Notes: generated by a model not told the origin, from the sequence alone. A stretch of DNA of 64,000 nt from Gemmatimonadota bacterium (GCA_036679645.1 JAZDCY010000074.1:35069-99068); one strand, 5' to 3'. Counted from the stretch's first letter, positions 28,734 through 38,413 are shown. A program made the numbers and translations.

Positions 28734-31160
28734 GTGCGGCTACACCGGCTGAAACTCGTCAACTTCCGGCAGCATGAGGCGACCGACATCACGTTAGGTG
28801 ACGGGATTACGGCAATCATTGGGCCGAACGGTTCTGGCAAGACCACGTTGCTCGAGGCTATCGCGTGGGCATTCTACGGCACGCCGGCCGTGCGCGGCAC
28901 GCGGGACTCGATTCGGTGGAACCGCGCGCCCGCGCGATCGCAAGTGCGTGTCGACGTCGAGTTTGGGCTTGGTGGGCACGAGTATACCGTGACGCGCACG
29001 CTCTATGGTGCCGAGATGTTCAAGGACCAGGCGCCCGTCCCAGTCGCCAACAGCCAGCACGAGGTGACCGCTGCTGTCTGTCGGCTCCTTCGCATGTCTC
29101 GCGAGGAATTCTTCAACACGTACTTCACGGGACAAAAAGAACTGGCTGTCATGGCGGCGATGGGCGCCACGGAGCGCGGGAAGTTCCTCTCTCGCCTACT
29201 GGGATACGAGAAGCTGCGGCAGGCGCAGGATCTCCTGCGCGAGGCGCGGTCCGGCCTCCGCGGTGAGCTGGCAGGGTTGGAGCGCGGGCTCTTGGACCCG
29301 GACCAACTCGCGCGCGAGCGGAGCCAGGCGGAGGCCATGTGCCGGGAGGTCCGCCAGGCGGTGACCGAGTCTGAGCAGCGCCTGCGCGCCGCCCAGCAAC
29401 GACGCGACGCGGAAGGTCCGCGCTGGACGGAGATCGTGAAGCGCCGCGAGGAGGTGCAGCGGCTGGAGAGCGATCGGCGAGTCGCGGATAAGGAAGTGAT
29501 CGAGGCCCGGCGCGAGTTCGAGCGGCTGGACCGCGAGCTCGCCGAGGCACTCTCCGCCCAGGACCAGCTCAAGAAAATCCAGCCCGCCCTCGATGAGCTC
29601 GAGCCGATGCTGGTCGAGGTCAAGCGACTGGAGCGGGAAGCCGTCGAGGCCGACCGGCGGCGGACCATAGCAGGGCAGCTCGCCGAAGCGCGCGCGCAGG
29701 TCGAGCGGTTGGGAGAACGCCGCGATGCGCTCGGTGATCCCGATGCCGATCTTGCGGTGGCCGAGGAGTCGTTTGCCGCCGCAACACGCGTGCAGGAAGA
29801 AGAGGAGAAGAAAGAAGAAGATGCTCTGACGGCATACGTGCGAGCGAAACAGGATGCCGAAACGAAGATGCTCGCACTGCGCGACCAGTACCGCGATCTC
29901 CAGACGCATCTCGAAGGTGTCGAGCAAGCCGGCCCGGAAGGAACCTGCCCCACTTGCGCCCGCCCGCTCGGTGGCGAGTACGAGAGTGTGATCGAGGCGC
30001 TCGGCCGACAGCTCGAAGAGGTTGAGATGAACGGCAAATTCTTCCGACAGCGGTTCGATCAGTTGGCCCAAGAGCCCGCCGATGTGAAAGAGGCGAAGCA
30101 ACGCTTCCACGCGGCACGGGAGGTGGCACAGCGCGCATCCGAATCGAGCGCGAGTGCGCGCGCCCGGCAGCGTGAGGTCCGGGAGTTGGCCGAGGATATG
30201 CGGACCGCAGAGCGACGCATCAAGGACCTCGAAACGGAAATGGCTGGGTTGCCCGAGACCTACGATCACGAGCGGCACGATATCGTGCGAGAGCGGCTGC
30301 GTGAACTCGAGCCGCTGCGCACCAAGGGTACCGAATTCCGGATCAAGGCGCAGCGGGCCGCGCAGCTGGTCCACGAGGCAGAAACGGTCGAAAAGGGACT
30401 CTCCGAGCGGGAGGCGCGGGTCACCGCCCTGGTCACGCAAATCGAGGCGCTGGGATACGGCGAGGAACGATACGAGGCCGCGCGGGTGGCGTATGAAGAG
30501 GCTGAAACAGCGGTGCACGATGCTGAACTAACCCGTGCGGAGCGACGCGGTGATCTCCGGACCGCGGAGGCCGCGGTAGCGGCGGCGGTACGGCGCCAGG
30601 CGGAGCGTGAGCAGCGTGTTGGTCGCGCGACTTCCGTCCGAACGGATCTGCTAGTGCACGATGAGCTCGACACCGCTCTCGGTGACTTGCGGACGGAGTT
30701 GAATGCGCAGCTTCGGCCGGAACTTGCGGAGGTCGCGTCGGGTTTTCTCGCGGATCTCACCGATGGCCGCTATCACGAACTGGAACTGGACGAGCAGTAC
30801 CGCGTCATGATTCTGGAAGAGGGCGTCGCGAAACCGGTTATCTCGGGAGGGGAAGAAGACGTCGCGAACCTCGTGCTGCGGCTCGCCATCAGCCAGATGG
30901 TGGCGGAGCGGGCCGGGCAGCCCTTTTCGTTGCTCGTACTGGACGAAATCTTCGGGAGCCTCGACGATAGCCGCCGCCAACATGTGGTGGGGTTGCTGCG
31001 GCACCTGGCCGACCGGTTCCCCCAGGTGGTACTCATCACGCACATTGAGTCGGTGCGTGACACGGTCGACCGAGTCCTACGCATCGCGGTGGATACCGCG
31101 CGCGGCGCGGCGGTCGTCTCAGAGGATGCTGGAGGGCTCGATGAAGATGTGGCGGCCTGA
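28734..31160 (+). CDS. sbcC: Rad50/SbcC SMC-like ATPase
   Basis: Walker A GPNGSGKTT, coiled coils around a CPTC zinc hook, signature ISGGE, Walker B/D-loop LDEIFGSLD, ITH. Confidence 0.93.
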   Translation: MRLHRLKLVNFRQHEATDITLGDGITAIIGPNGSGKTTLLEAIAWAFYGTPAVRGTRDSIRWNRAPARSQVRVDVEFGLGGHEYTVTRTLYGAEMFKDQAPVPVANSQHEVTAAVCRLLRMSREEFFNTYFTGQKELAVMAAMGATERGKFLSRLLGYEKLRQAQDLLREARSGLRGELAGLERGLLDPDQLARERSQAEAMCREVRQAVTESEQRLRAAQQRRDAEGPRWTEIVKRREEVQRLESDRRVADKEVIEARREFERLDRELAEALSAQDQLKKIQPALDELEPMLVEVKRLEREAVEADRRRTIAGQLAEARAQVERLGERRDALGDPDADLAVAEESFAAATRVQEEEEKKEEDALTAYVRAKQDAETKMLALRDQYRDLQTHLEGVEQAGPEGTCPTCARPLGGEYESVIEALGRQLEEVEMNGKFFRQRFDQLAQEPADVKEAKQRFHAAREVAQRASESSASARARQREVRELAEDMRTAERRIKDLETEMAGLPETYDHERHDIVRERLRELEPLRTKGTEFRIKAQRAAQLVHEAETVEKGLSEREARVTALVTQIEALGYGEERYEAARVAYEEAETAVHDAELTRAERRGDLRTAEAAVAAAVRRQAEREQRVGRATSVRTDLLVHDELDTALGDLRTELNAQLRPELAEVASGFLADLTDGRYHELELDEQYRVMILEEGVAKPVISGGEEDVANLVLRLAISQMVAERAGQPFSLLVLDEIFGSLDDSRRQHVVGLLRHLADRFPQVVLITHIESVRDTVDRVLRIAVDTARGAAVVSEDAGGLDEDVAA

Positions 31161-32115
31161 TCGCGGCGTGTCGGGACCGTTCCCGGCCAGCGAGCAGGAT
31201 ATTGCGCAACTCAACCGAATCTTCTCCGATGCCTTCACCGATCGGTACCGGCGCGACGGCATGGTCGGGGTCCGTGTTCCCGCGCTGAACGCCAGAATCT
31301 GGCGCTACGCGCTGCGGGACGCAGGTGAGGGTGCGATGGTCTGGCGGGACGAGGATGACGAACTGGTCGCGTTCAACGTTGCGCACCATTCGGGCGCCGA
31401 GGGATGGATGGGCCCGCTCGCCGTGCGCACCGATCGGCAGGGTCTCGGCCTCGGCCGGGCCATCGTCCGGTCCGCCATCGAATGGCTCCAGTCCCAGGGC
31501 GTCACGACGCTGGGCTTGGAGACAATGCCCCGGACCGTCGACAACATTGGGTTCTATTCGCGCATGGGCTTCGTGCCGGGGCATCTCACGGTGACGCTCA
31601 GCGGCGACGTCACCGGACGCCAGCCGCGCGAGCGGGGCACGCGGGCGAGCCGTCTCGACTCGGTCGGTCGGTCGGCGCTCTTGGCACGCTGCCGGGACCG
31701 GCTAGAGGCGTCGGCACCCGGGTACGACTTCACGCGCGAGCACGAGCTGACCCATGATCTGGAGATCGGCGATACGATGGTGGTCGAGCACAAAGGCGAG
31801 ATAACCGGGTTTGCGTTGTGGCACTCGGCGCCGCTGGCCGAAGCGCATACAACCGACGAGTTGCGCGTCCTCAAGTTCTTTGCCGGCTCCCGCAGCGCGC
31901 TCACCGACCTCGTACGGGCAGTGGAGGGCTGTGCCGTGACACTGGGCATCCGGCGTGTGGCCATACGGTGCCAGTCGGGTTTCGGGGGCGCGTTCGCGGC
32001 GTTGATCGAGCGGGGATATCGGGTCAGGTGGACGGACCTGCGCATGACGCTCGACGGCTATCCGGAAGCACGTCTACCGGACGGTGAGACGCTGTTCTCC
32101 AACTGGGAGATCTGA
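31141..32115 (+). CDS. Tandem GNAT-family acetyltransferase
   Basis: GPLAVRTDRQGLGLGRAI acetyl-CoA motif A, NIGFYSRMGF; second GNAT-like half; overlaps sbcC end. Confidence 0.85.
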   Translation: MKMWRPDRGVSGPFPASEQDIAQLNRIFSDAFTDRYRRDGMVGVRVPALNARIWRYALRDAGEGAMVWRDEDDELVAFNVAHHSGAEGWMGPLAVRTDRQGLGLGRAIVRSAIEWLQSQGVTTLGLETMPRTVDNIGFYSRMGFVPGHLTVTLSGDVTGRQPRERGTRASRLDSVGRSALLARCRDRLEASAPGYDFTREHELTHDLEIGDTMVVEHKGEITGFALWHSAPLAEAHTTDELRVLKFFAGSRSALTDLVRAVEGCAVTLGIRRVAIRCQSGFGGAFAALIERGYRVRWTDLRMTLDGYPEARLPDGETLFSNWEI

Positions 32116-32122
32116 CCGCCGG

Positions 32123-32890
32123 TCAAGCGGTCAAGCTAAGGCACGTCACACCCGCTTCGGCCTTCCCAAACTCGGTAATCTGCACGACGCGGATATCGTA
32201 TCCGCGCGTCTCGAGGAGGGTGCGTGTCTCGGGGAACGCATCGGGCATCACGATGGTCTCCCCGACGGTGAGCGTGTTGGCGCCCCATGGTTCCGTGTCG
32301 GGTACGGGCAGCCGTTCCAGGTCACCAAACGCGTCCGCGTCGAGCCATTGCGGGTTGATGAGCAGCGCGCCATCCGGGAGCACGGAGCATCCCGTCTTGA
32401 GGTGCAGGCATCCGCGCACGTCCACGGGGATAGTGGTCAGTCCTGACGCGACCGCAATAGCCGACAGCTGGTCGATGCCCTCCGCATTCGTGCGGCGGGA
32501 TTTGCCGACGAAGAGTGTCGTCCCAGCACGCAAGACGTCGCCTCCCTCGAGTGTACCCGGGGACACGATGTGTGTTACGGAGTGCGTTGTCGCGAGTGCT
32601 GCGGCGACGCTCTTTGTCTCCGCGTCCGCGGAGGGCCGCGCGAGGCGCGCCACCACGGCCGTGTGCGGCAACAAGACGGCCGCATCCTCGACAAACACCG
32701 CGTCTGGGAGCGAGTCGAGGGGCGGAAGCTGCTTGATTGCCACGCCGAGTGCGCGGAGCGTAGCAACATATGCGGCGTGTTGATGTCGGGCGTTATCGAG
32801 ATCGATTGGCACGCGGGTGAGGTGGGTGAGCGTGCAGCGCGCGAGAGTCGAGCTGACGGGACGCACGAGCGCGCTCGGCGCGCGGGTCAC
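32123..32890 (-). CDS. Dimethylarginine dimethylaminohydrolase (amidinotransferase family)
   Basis: PDAVFVED, EGGDV, LHLKT, C-terminal GVTCLS. Confidence 0.9.
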   Translation of the reverse strand: MTRAPSALVRPVSSTLARCTLTHLTRVPIDLDNARHQHAAYVATLRALGVAIKQLPPLDSLPDAVFVEDAAVLLPHTAVVARLARPSADAETKSVAAALATTHSVTHIVSPGTLEGGDVLRAGTTLFVGKSRRTNAEGIDQLSAIAVASGLTTIPVDVRGCLHLKTGCSVLPDGALLINPQWLDADAFGDLERLPVPDTEPWGANTLTVGETIVMPDAFPETRTLLETRGYDIRVVQITEFGKAEAGVTCLSLTA

Positions 32891-32906
32891 GCTGCGGGCC
32901 CGTGGG

Positions 32907-33095
32907 TCAGGCGTTGTCGTGGTCTGCCTGCGACTTGCGATCGACCCCCTCGACGATGCTCATGACGATGAGCAGCACGCCCGCTACGAGCGCGAGATGA
33001 GTCCATCCCGTGCGCAGCGTCAGGACGAAGCTAAGTACGATCCACAGCGCAATCGCGAGCGCCGCTGCGAGGGCGAGTATCCGTGGACTACGCAT
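32907..33095 (-). CDS. Small two-TM membrane protein
   Basis: 62 aa with two hydrophobic helices around GWTHL. Confidence 0.6.
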   Translation of the reverse strand: MRSPRILALAAALAIALWIVLSFVLTLRTGWTHLALVAGVLLIVMSIVEGVDRKSQADHDNA

Positions 33096-33125
33096 ACCGA
33101 TTCTCCGGCTCGGAGGTTGGCTTGC

Positions 33126-33154
33126 TTGACCGCCCCTCTCCGGGGGGCCATATT
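33126..33154 (+). promoter_or_regulatory. Sigma70-type promoter of the 6S-like RNA
   Basis: TTGACC-17 bp-CATATT. Confidence 0.6.
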
Positions 33155-33160
33155 CGCATA

Positions 33161-33320
33161 TACTCTTCGGGGGCGGAGAGTAACACTATTGAGCCAACAG
33201 GCTCGAATACGAGTCCAATGCAGTGGCTGATGTCACGCCCCCTTCGGGGACGGCAGACGTCTCAGCGAGGGCTCGGGACGTATCGGATTCGGGCTTCAAT
33301 AATCCTCTTCGCTCTCAGCA
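33161..33320 (+). ncRNA. ssrS: 6S RNA-like structured RNA
   Basis: Manual pairing gives an extended rod: 33169-33180/33305-33316, 33187-33195/33292-33301, central bubble, 33210-33216/33269-33275, 33226-33230/33262-33266, apical CCCC-UUCG-GGG; promoter upstream and terminator downstream. Confidence 0.7.
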
Positions 33321-33321
33321 A

Positions 33322-33360
33322 GCCGCCGGCGTCCTTCGGGATGCCGGCGGTCTTGTGTTT
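33322..33360 (+). terminator. Rho-independent terminator after the ncRNA
   Basis: GCCGCCGGCGTCC-TTCG-GGATGCCGGCGGT stem followed by CTTGTGTTT. Confidence 0.75.
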
Positions 33361-33433
33361 GGTGAACACCTAAAATAGCCTTGAACGTTCGGCCCGACAG
33401 GGAGTCGCGCCCGACGCCGATGCTGGAGCTACC

Positions 33434-34105
33434 ATGAGTGCACCGAAACCCGCCGCCAACCGGGGCCGCCAACCGGAAGATTTCGCTACCACGACCAAAG
33501 AATGTACCAAACTGGCCTCGGCCCGAGACCGCGCGCCCGGCCAGTATGCAGAGCACGTGCGCGAGCAGCTCGTACTCCTCGGAGAGGACCCGGAGCGGGA
33601 GGGGCTCCTCCGTACGCCGGTGCGCGTCGAGGAGGCCATGAAATGGATGACCCGGGGATACGAGACGTGTGTCGATGACGTGATCAACGGCGCCGTGTTC
33701 GACGAAGAACACGAGAGCATGATTCTCGTGCGAGATATCGAGATCTACTCGATGTGCGAGCACCACATGCTCCCTTTCTTCGGCAAGGCCCACGTCGCCT
33801 ACATCCCGAACGGCCGGATCATCGGGCTGTCGAAGATCCCGCGGATCGTAGATGTGTTTTCCCGGCGGCTGCAGGTGCAAGAGCGGCTGACCGACGATAT
33901 CGCCGATGCGCTGATGAAGGCATTGCGTCCCCACGGCGTGGGCGTGGTCATAGAGGCGTTCCACCTCTGCATGATGATGCGCGGCGTGGAAAAGCAGAAC
34001 TCGAGGACGGTCACCAGCGCGGTGCGCGGGAACTTCCGCGAAGATTTCAAGACGCGAGACGAGTTCTTGCGACTCGTCCACGCCGGGCATCACGGTATCG
34101 GTTGA
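33434..34105 (+). CDS. folE: GTP cyclohydrolase I
   Basis: [42 protein letters not shown]. Confidence 0.96.
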   Translation: MSAPKPAANRGRQPEDFATTTKECTKLASARDRAPGQYAEHVREQLVLLGEDPEREGLLRTPVRVEEAMKWMTRGYETCVDDVINGAVFDEEHESMILVRDIEIYSMCEHHMLPFFGKAHVAYIPNGRIIGLSKIPRIVDVFSRRLQVQERLTDDIADALMKALRPHGVGVVIEAFHLCMMMRGVEKQNSRTVTSAVRGNFREDFKTRDEFLRLVHAGHHGIG

Positions 34106-34806
34106 CGCTGCTAGACGGGAAGGTCGCAGTGGTCACCGGTGCGAGCCGGGGGATCGGCCGGGCCATTGCCAATCGGCTCGAGGAATCGGGTGCTTGCGTA
34201 GCCCGCATTGCCCGGACGGAATGTGCGGCTGAGGGCGGGACTGGCTTTGTATGCGACGTGACCAATGAGGCGGCGGTCGCGCAGGTGGCCGCCGCGGTGC
34301 GGGCCCGCATGGGGTCTCCGCACATCGTCGTGAACAACGCGGGGCTCTTTCTCCTGCAGCCGTTCGAGCTCACCGGGGTTGACGACCTGCGGGCCCAGCT
34401 CGAAGTGAACCTCGTGGGGGCGTTCCTGGTGGCCAAAGCCTTTGTCGGGGAACTCGTAGACACGGGGGGGGGACATCTGGTGACGGTGGGAAGCGTGGCC
34501 GATCATGCGGCATTCCCGGGGAACGCGGCGTACGCGGCAAGCAAGTACGGACTCCGTGGTTTGCATGAGGTGATCACTGCCGAGTATGCTCCGCACGGGC
34601 TGCGCACGACGCTGATCTCTCCGGGCGCCACGGATACCGCGGCCTGGGACCCCGTCGATCCCGATCAGCGGGACGATCTGCCGGATCGGGCCGGGATGCT
34701 TCGGCCGGAGGATGTGGCAGACGCCGTGCTCTTTGCCGTTTCGCGCCCGCCGCGCGCCAATGTCGACCTGATGTGGCTGAACCCGACGGGGACGAACCGG
34801 AGCTGA
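34102..34806 (+). CDS. Short-chain dehydrogenase/reductase
   Basis: [20 protein letters not shown] 34102 overlaps folE TGA. Confidence 0.9.
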   Translation: MTLLDGKVAVVTGASRGIGRAIANRLEESGACVARIARTECAAEGGTGFVCDVTNEAAVAQVAAAVRARMGSPHIVVNNAGLFLLQPFELTGVDDLRAQLEVNLVGAFLVAKAFVGELVDTGGGHLVTVGSVADHAAFPGNAAYAASKYGLRGLHEVITAEYAPHGLRTTLISPGATDTAAWDPVDPDQRDDLPDRAGMLRPEDVADAVLFAVSRPPRANVDLMWLNPTGTNRS

Positions 34807-34813
34807 CGATCTG

Positions 34814-35416
34814 ATGCTCATTGAGCTCGCCGAATACCTGAAATGCGGGAACGATCACCCCGAAGCGCCGCTCGTCATCGCGACAGGTGCCATGAAAGAA
34901 CGTGCGATCGTGTTCGGGACGATCGGGTGTCCGGTATGCAAGGCCGAGTACACGATCGTGAACCGCATCGCGCGGTTTGGCAGTCCTGCGGAGTCCCCGC
35001 CCCCGCCCCCGCCCCCGTCCCTGGAACCCTCGGCGGATGTAGAGGCGGTGCAGGCCCTGCTGGGCCTCACGAGTCCGGGTGGTTATGTCGTGCTCCTCGG
35101 GTCGGCCGGCATGCTCGCGGCCGGGCTCACGGGAGTCATGGAGAACGTCCACTTCGTGGGGGTGAATCCACCCGAGCAACTCGAGCCGATGTCCTACATG
35201 AGCCTGCTCCGCGGCGCGAAATACGTCCCGCTGCGGTCCGCCATGGCGCGCGGGGTCGTTGTGGGGGCTGAGCACGCGGCGGCGCCGTGGCTCGATGAAG
35301 CCTCGCGGGTGCTCCTCAAGGGCCAGCGGCTCGTGGTCCTCCGTGAGGGGATCGAACCCAGCGGGCTTACCAAGATGATGTCTGCCGCCGGGCTCTGGGC
35401 CGGTGAGAAGAATTAG
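34814..35416 (+). CDS. Trm112-like zinc-ribbon domain fused to a degenerate methyltransferase-like domain
   Basis: LKCGNDH...CPVCKAEYTIVNRIARF N-terminus; C-terminal EASRVLLKGQRLVV resembles MTase ExxRVLKPGG. Confidence 0.55.
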   Translation: MLIELAEYLKCGNDHPEAPLVIATGAMKERAIVFGTIGCPVCKAEYTIVNRIARFGSPAESPPPPPPPSLEPSADVEAVQALLGLTSPGGYVVLLGSAGMLAAGLTGVMENVHFVGVNPPEQLEPMSYMSLLRGAKYVPLRSAMARGVVVGAEHAAAPWLDEASRVLLKGQRLVVLREGIEPSGLTKMMSAAGLWAGEKN

Positions 35417-35419
35417 GAC

Positions 35420-37213
35420 CTAGTCCCGGTACAGCGCCTCGATCCTGTCTGCGTATCGCTGCGTAACCACCCGCCGCTTCACCTTCAGCGTCGGTGTGAT
35501 CTCTCCCTTCTCGATAGTGAAGTCGTCCGCGAGCAGCGCGAATTTCTTGGGCGCCTCGAAGTGCGCCAGGTCCCGCATGTTGCCCATCGCTTCGCGCTCC
35601 ACCATGGCCACTACATCCGGGTGCTCGATCAGTCGGGGGTAGTCGTCCGCCGGTATGCCGCGTTCGGTCGCCCACGCCACGACCGCGTTTTGGTTGGGGA
35701 CCAGGAGCATGACGGGGAACTTGCGTTTGTCGCCGATCATGACCGCGTTCTCGATAAACTTGTTGGTCTTGACGGTGTTCTCGATCGGCTGCGGCGCGAT
35801 GTTCTTGCCGCCGGCCGTGACGATGATGTCCTTCTTGCGATCGGTGATGCGGAGATAGCCGTCGGCGTCCAGTTCCCCGATATCTCCGGTGTGGAACCAA
35901 CCCTCGGCGTCGATCGCCTCCTCGGTCGCCTCTGGCTTGTTGTAGTAGCCCTGCATGATGTTCGGGCCGCGCGCGAGGATCTCCCCGTCTTCCGCAATGC
36001 GGACCTCGACGCCCGGGACCGATGGACCGACCGATCCCATCTTGGGTTGCTCCAGTGGGTTGATCGAGATCAGCGGTGATGTCTCCGTCAATCCGTACCC
36101 TTCCAGAATCGGGAGCCCGGCGGAGTAGAAGAACTTCGCGATCTCCGGCGCGAGCGGCGCGCCGCCCGAGACGAAGAACCTGATGCGCCCGCCGGTGCGC
36201 GCCTGGAGCTTCGAGAACACGAGGCGATCGCCGATCTTCTTCTTGAGGCCGAGCCACGCAGGGATCGGCTCGCCCGCCAGCTCGAGGTCGGCCCATGCCT
36301 CCGCGTTCCGCTTGGCCCAGAAGAAGATCTTCCGCTTGGCACCGCCGCCCGCGAGCGCGTTCTCGAGTACCCGCCCGTAGATCTTTTCGTACAGCCGGGG
36401 AACGGCAAGCATGACGGTGGGGTGGACCTCACCCATGTTGGCGGCAACAGCGTCGATGCTCTCGGCGTAGTTGATCGTCGCACCGGCGTGGAACAGCGTG
36501 TAATGCCCGGCCATGCGCTCGAAACTGTGGGAGAGCGGAAGCAACGACAGCCCCGAGTCATCCGGCCCGATGGAAACCACCTTCAGCGCCGCCACGACGT
36601 TGGACGCAAAGTTGCCATGGCTCAGCATGACCCCCTTGGGGTCGCCGGTCGTTCCTGACGTGTAGATCAGCGTTGCAAGATCGTCGGGTGTAACGGCGAG
36701 TGCGTCCTGCTTGTAGGACGGGTACTTGCCTTCCGCCGCGGCACCACGCTGCATGAGTTCCCGATGACTCATAACACCGGGGCCGTCGTCGGCGTCCTCG
36801 AACATGATGACGTGCCGCAAAGCCGGTACGTCGTCGCGGATCTCGGCGATCTTGGCGTACTGCTCCCGATCCGACACGAACACCGCCGTGGCACCCGCAT
36901 CGCGTAGGACGTACGCGACCTGCTGCGCGGGAAGTGTGGGATAGATCGGCACATCCGCACACCTGGCTGTGAGGCACGCGAAATCGGCGATCGCCCACTC
37001 CGGGCGGTTGATCGACAGAATCGCGACCTTCCCACCCGGTTCGATACCAATCTCGAGCAGGCCCAGCGCCGTGTGCCTCACACGCTGCGCCATCTCCTGG
37101 TGAGTGATGTCGTGCCAGGCGTTGTTGTCCTTGTAGCGCAAGGCGGCCCGCTTCGAGGAGAAGCGATCGATCGCGCCGAAGAATAGTTCGTTGAGATTCT
37201 GTGGGGCCTTCAC
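35420..37213 (-). CDS. Long-chain fatty acid-CoA ligase
   Basis: YTSGTTGDPKG, EGYGLTE, HTGDIG, DRKKD, TPTLK. Confidence 0.93.
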   Translation of the reverse strand: MKAPQNLNELFFGAIDRFSSKRAALRYKDNNAWHDITHQEMAQRVRHTALGLLEIGIEPGGKVAILSINRPEWAIADFACLTARCADVPIYPTLPAQQVAYVLRDAGATAVFVSDREQYAKIAEIRDDVPALRHVIMFEDADDGPGVMSHRELMQRGAAAEGKYPSYKQDALAVTPDDLATLIYTSGTTGDPKGVMLSHGNFASNVVAALKVVSIGPDDSGLSLLPLSHSFERMAGHYTLFHAGATINYAESIDAVAANMGEVHPTVMLAVPRLYEKIYGRVLENALAGGGAKRKIFFWAKRNAEAWADLELAGEPIPAWLGLKKKIGDRLVFSKLQARTGGRIRFFVSGGAPLAPEIAKFFYSAGLPILEGYGLTETSPLISINPLEQPKMGSVGPSVPGVEVRIAEDGEILARGPNIMQGYYNKPEATEEAIDAEGWFHTGDIGELDADGYLRITDRKKDIIVTAGGKNIAPQPIENTVKTNKFIENAVMIGDKRKFPVMLLVPNQNAVVAWATERGIPADDYPRLIEHPDVVAMVEREAMGNMRDLAHFEAPKKFALLADDFTIEKGEITPTLKVKRRVVTQRYADRIEALYRD

Positions 37214-37238
37214 CGGGCACCTCCCAGCGCCATGGGCG

Positions 37239-37982
37239 CTAGTTGTTCAGGAAGAGAACGATGAATCTGACCGGTGAGCCGGCGACGGCAAGTCCCTGTG
37301 CCGTGAAGGCCGTCGCATCCACAATCACCGAATCAGGTTGGATCGATCCGACGCGGTTGACGGTGACGAGTGCTTGCCCCGTCGCCAACGTGGTGGCATC
37401 GACACGGTGCGGGTCGTCGCCGACGGCACCCTGAAGGCCGAGTGCCACGCCGTCGGCCGCTGCGCTGCCGGGAGCGGGATCGACGAGCTGGTAGACGACA
37501 GGAATGCCGCCCAACGGGCTCGGCTGCCCGGGGTTTGTCGTAAGGTCGAGGACCGTCGTCACGAGCAGATCGGAGACGGTCTGCGCCAGCGCAACCGTAA
37601 CGCGCGTCGAATCCGGGCCGGCGATCGAGTCCGGGGCGGCAACGATCGTCACGTTGATGGGTGGATCGGTGCGCAACTCGTCCGCACGCGCCTGCACGCG
37701 CCACGGGCCACCCGGCGCCGTCGCGGTGATCAGTCCCGTCAGTGTATCGAGTGTGAAGCCGACCTGCACGCTGTCCACCTCGAGGATATGCCACACGACC
37801 GGCACGTCGGGTAGGGAGTCGCCGCGTGCGTCGAGGACGCGCGCGGTCAGCCGCAGCGTATCGCCCTCCTCGATCCGCGGTGCCGGGGGGCCCGTGTACT
37901 CGAGGGCGATCACATCGCTGAAGTCGCCGGTCAGTTCGTTGCATGCGAGGGCCATCGCGGCGATCGCGAGGAGCCGTCTCAG
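37239..37982 (-). CDS. Ig-like beta-rich lipoprotein; probable CTG start
   Basis: CTG 37982 gives (M)RRLLAIAAMALAC, a complete lipoprotein signal; the track's ATG 37955 gives only MALAC. Confidence 0.7.
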   Translation of the reverse strand: MRRLLAIAAMALACNELTGDFSDVIALEYTGPPAPRIEEGDTLRLTARVLDARGDSLPDVPVVWHILEVDSVQVGFTLDTLTGLITATAPGGPWRVQARADELRTDPPINVTIVAAPDSIAGPDSTRVTVALAQTVSDLLVTTVLDLTTNPGQPSPLGGIPVVYQLVDPAPGSAAADGVALGLQGAVGDDPHRVDATTLATGQALVTVNRVGSIQPDSVIVDATAFTAQGLAVAGSPVRFIVLFLNN

Positions 37983-38413
37983 GGCGTCCCCCCGTTGGCC
38001 AACTCGGCGAGCGTCCGTTCCGCATGCTCGATCCAGCGCGCGGCGTCGGGTCCGCGCGGAGGGTGACCCAAGAACGACCGCAGGTGCTGGGCGGCTGCGC
38101 CGGTGTCCCCGCGCCGGATGAGCAGAAAGGCCAGACCGTAGTGGGCGCCCGCCAAAGTAGCGTCGACCTCCAGCGCGCGCCGGTACACGCGAATTGCCTC
38201 GTCGATGCGCTGCGTCTTGGTGAACGCGATTGCCATGTTCTGGAGCACGCGGAGATCTGCAGGGTGGTCGCGGAGTGCCAACCGATAGGAAGTGAGCGCG
38301 GCGGCATAATCGCCCTGTCGCTCGAGCGCGAGCGCCTCATTGAGGTAATCGAGCCGCTGGGGTTTCAGCTCGGGGTCCCGACGGCGTCGAAAGAGGCGTT
38401 TCCAGAAGCTCAT
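37979..38413 (-). CDS. Tetratricopeptide repeat protein
   Basis: Three TPR-like units (GDYAAALTSYRLAL, EAIRVYRRAL, AHYGLA). Confidence 0.85.
   Translation of the reverse strand: MSFWKRLFRRRRDPELKPQRLDYLNEALALERQGDYAAALTSYRLALRDHPADLRVLQNMAIAFTKTQRIDEAIRVYRRALEVDATLAGAHYGLAFLLIRRGDTGAAAQHLRSFLGHPPRGPDAARWIEHAERTLAELANGGTP

Noticed and set aside
28734..31160. SMC protein as Wadjet, Lamassu or condensin
   Set aside because: CPTC zinc hook and the adjacent Mre11/SbcD phosphoesterase identify Rad50/SbcC.
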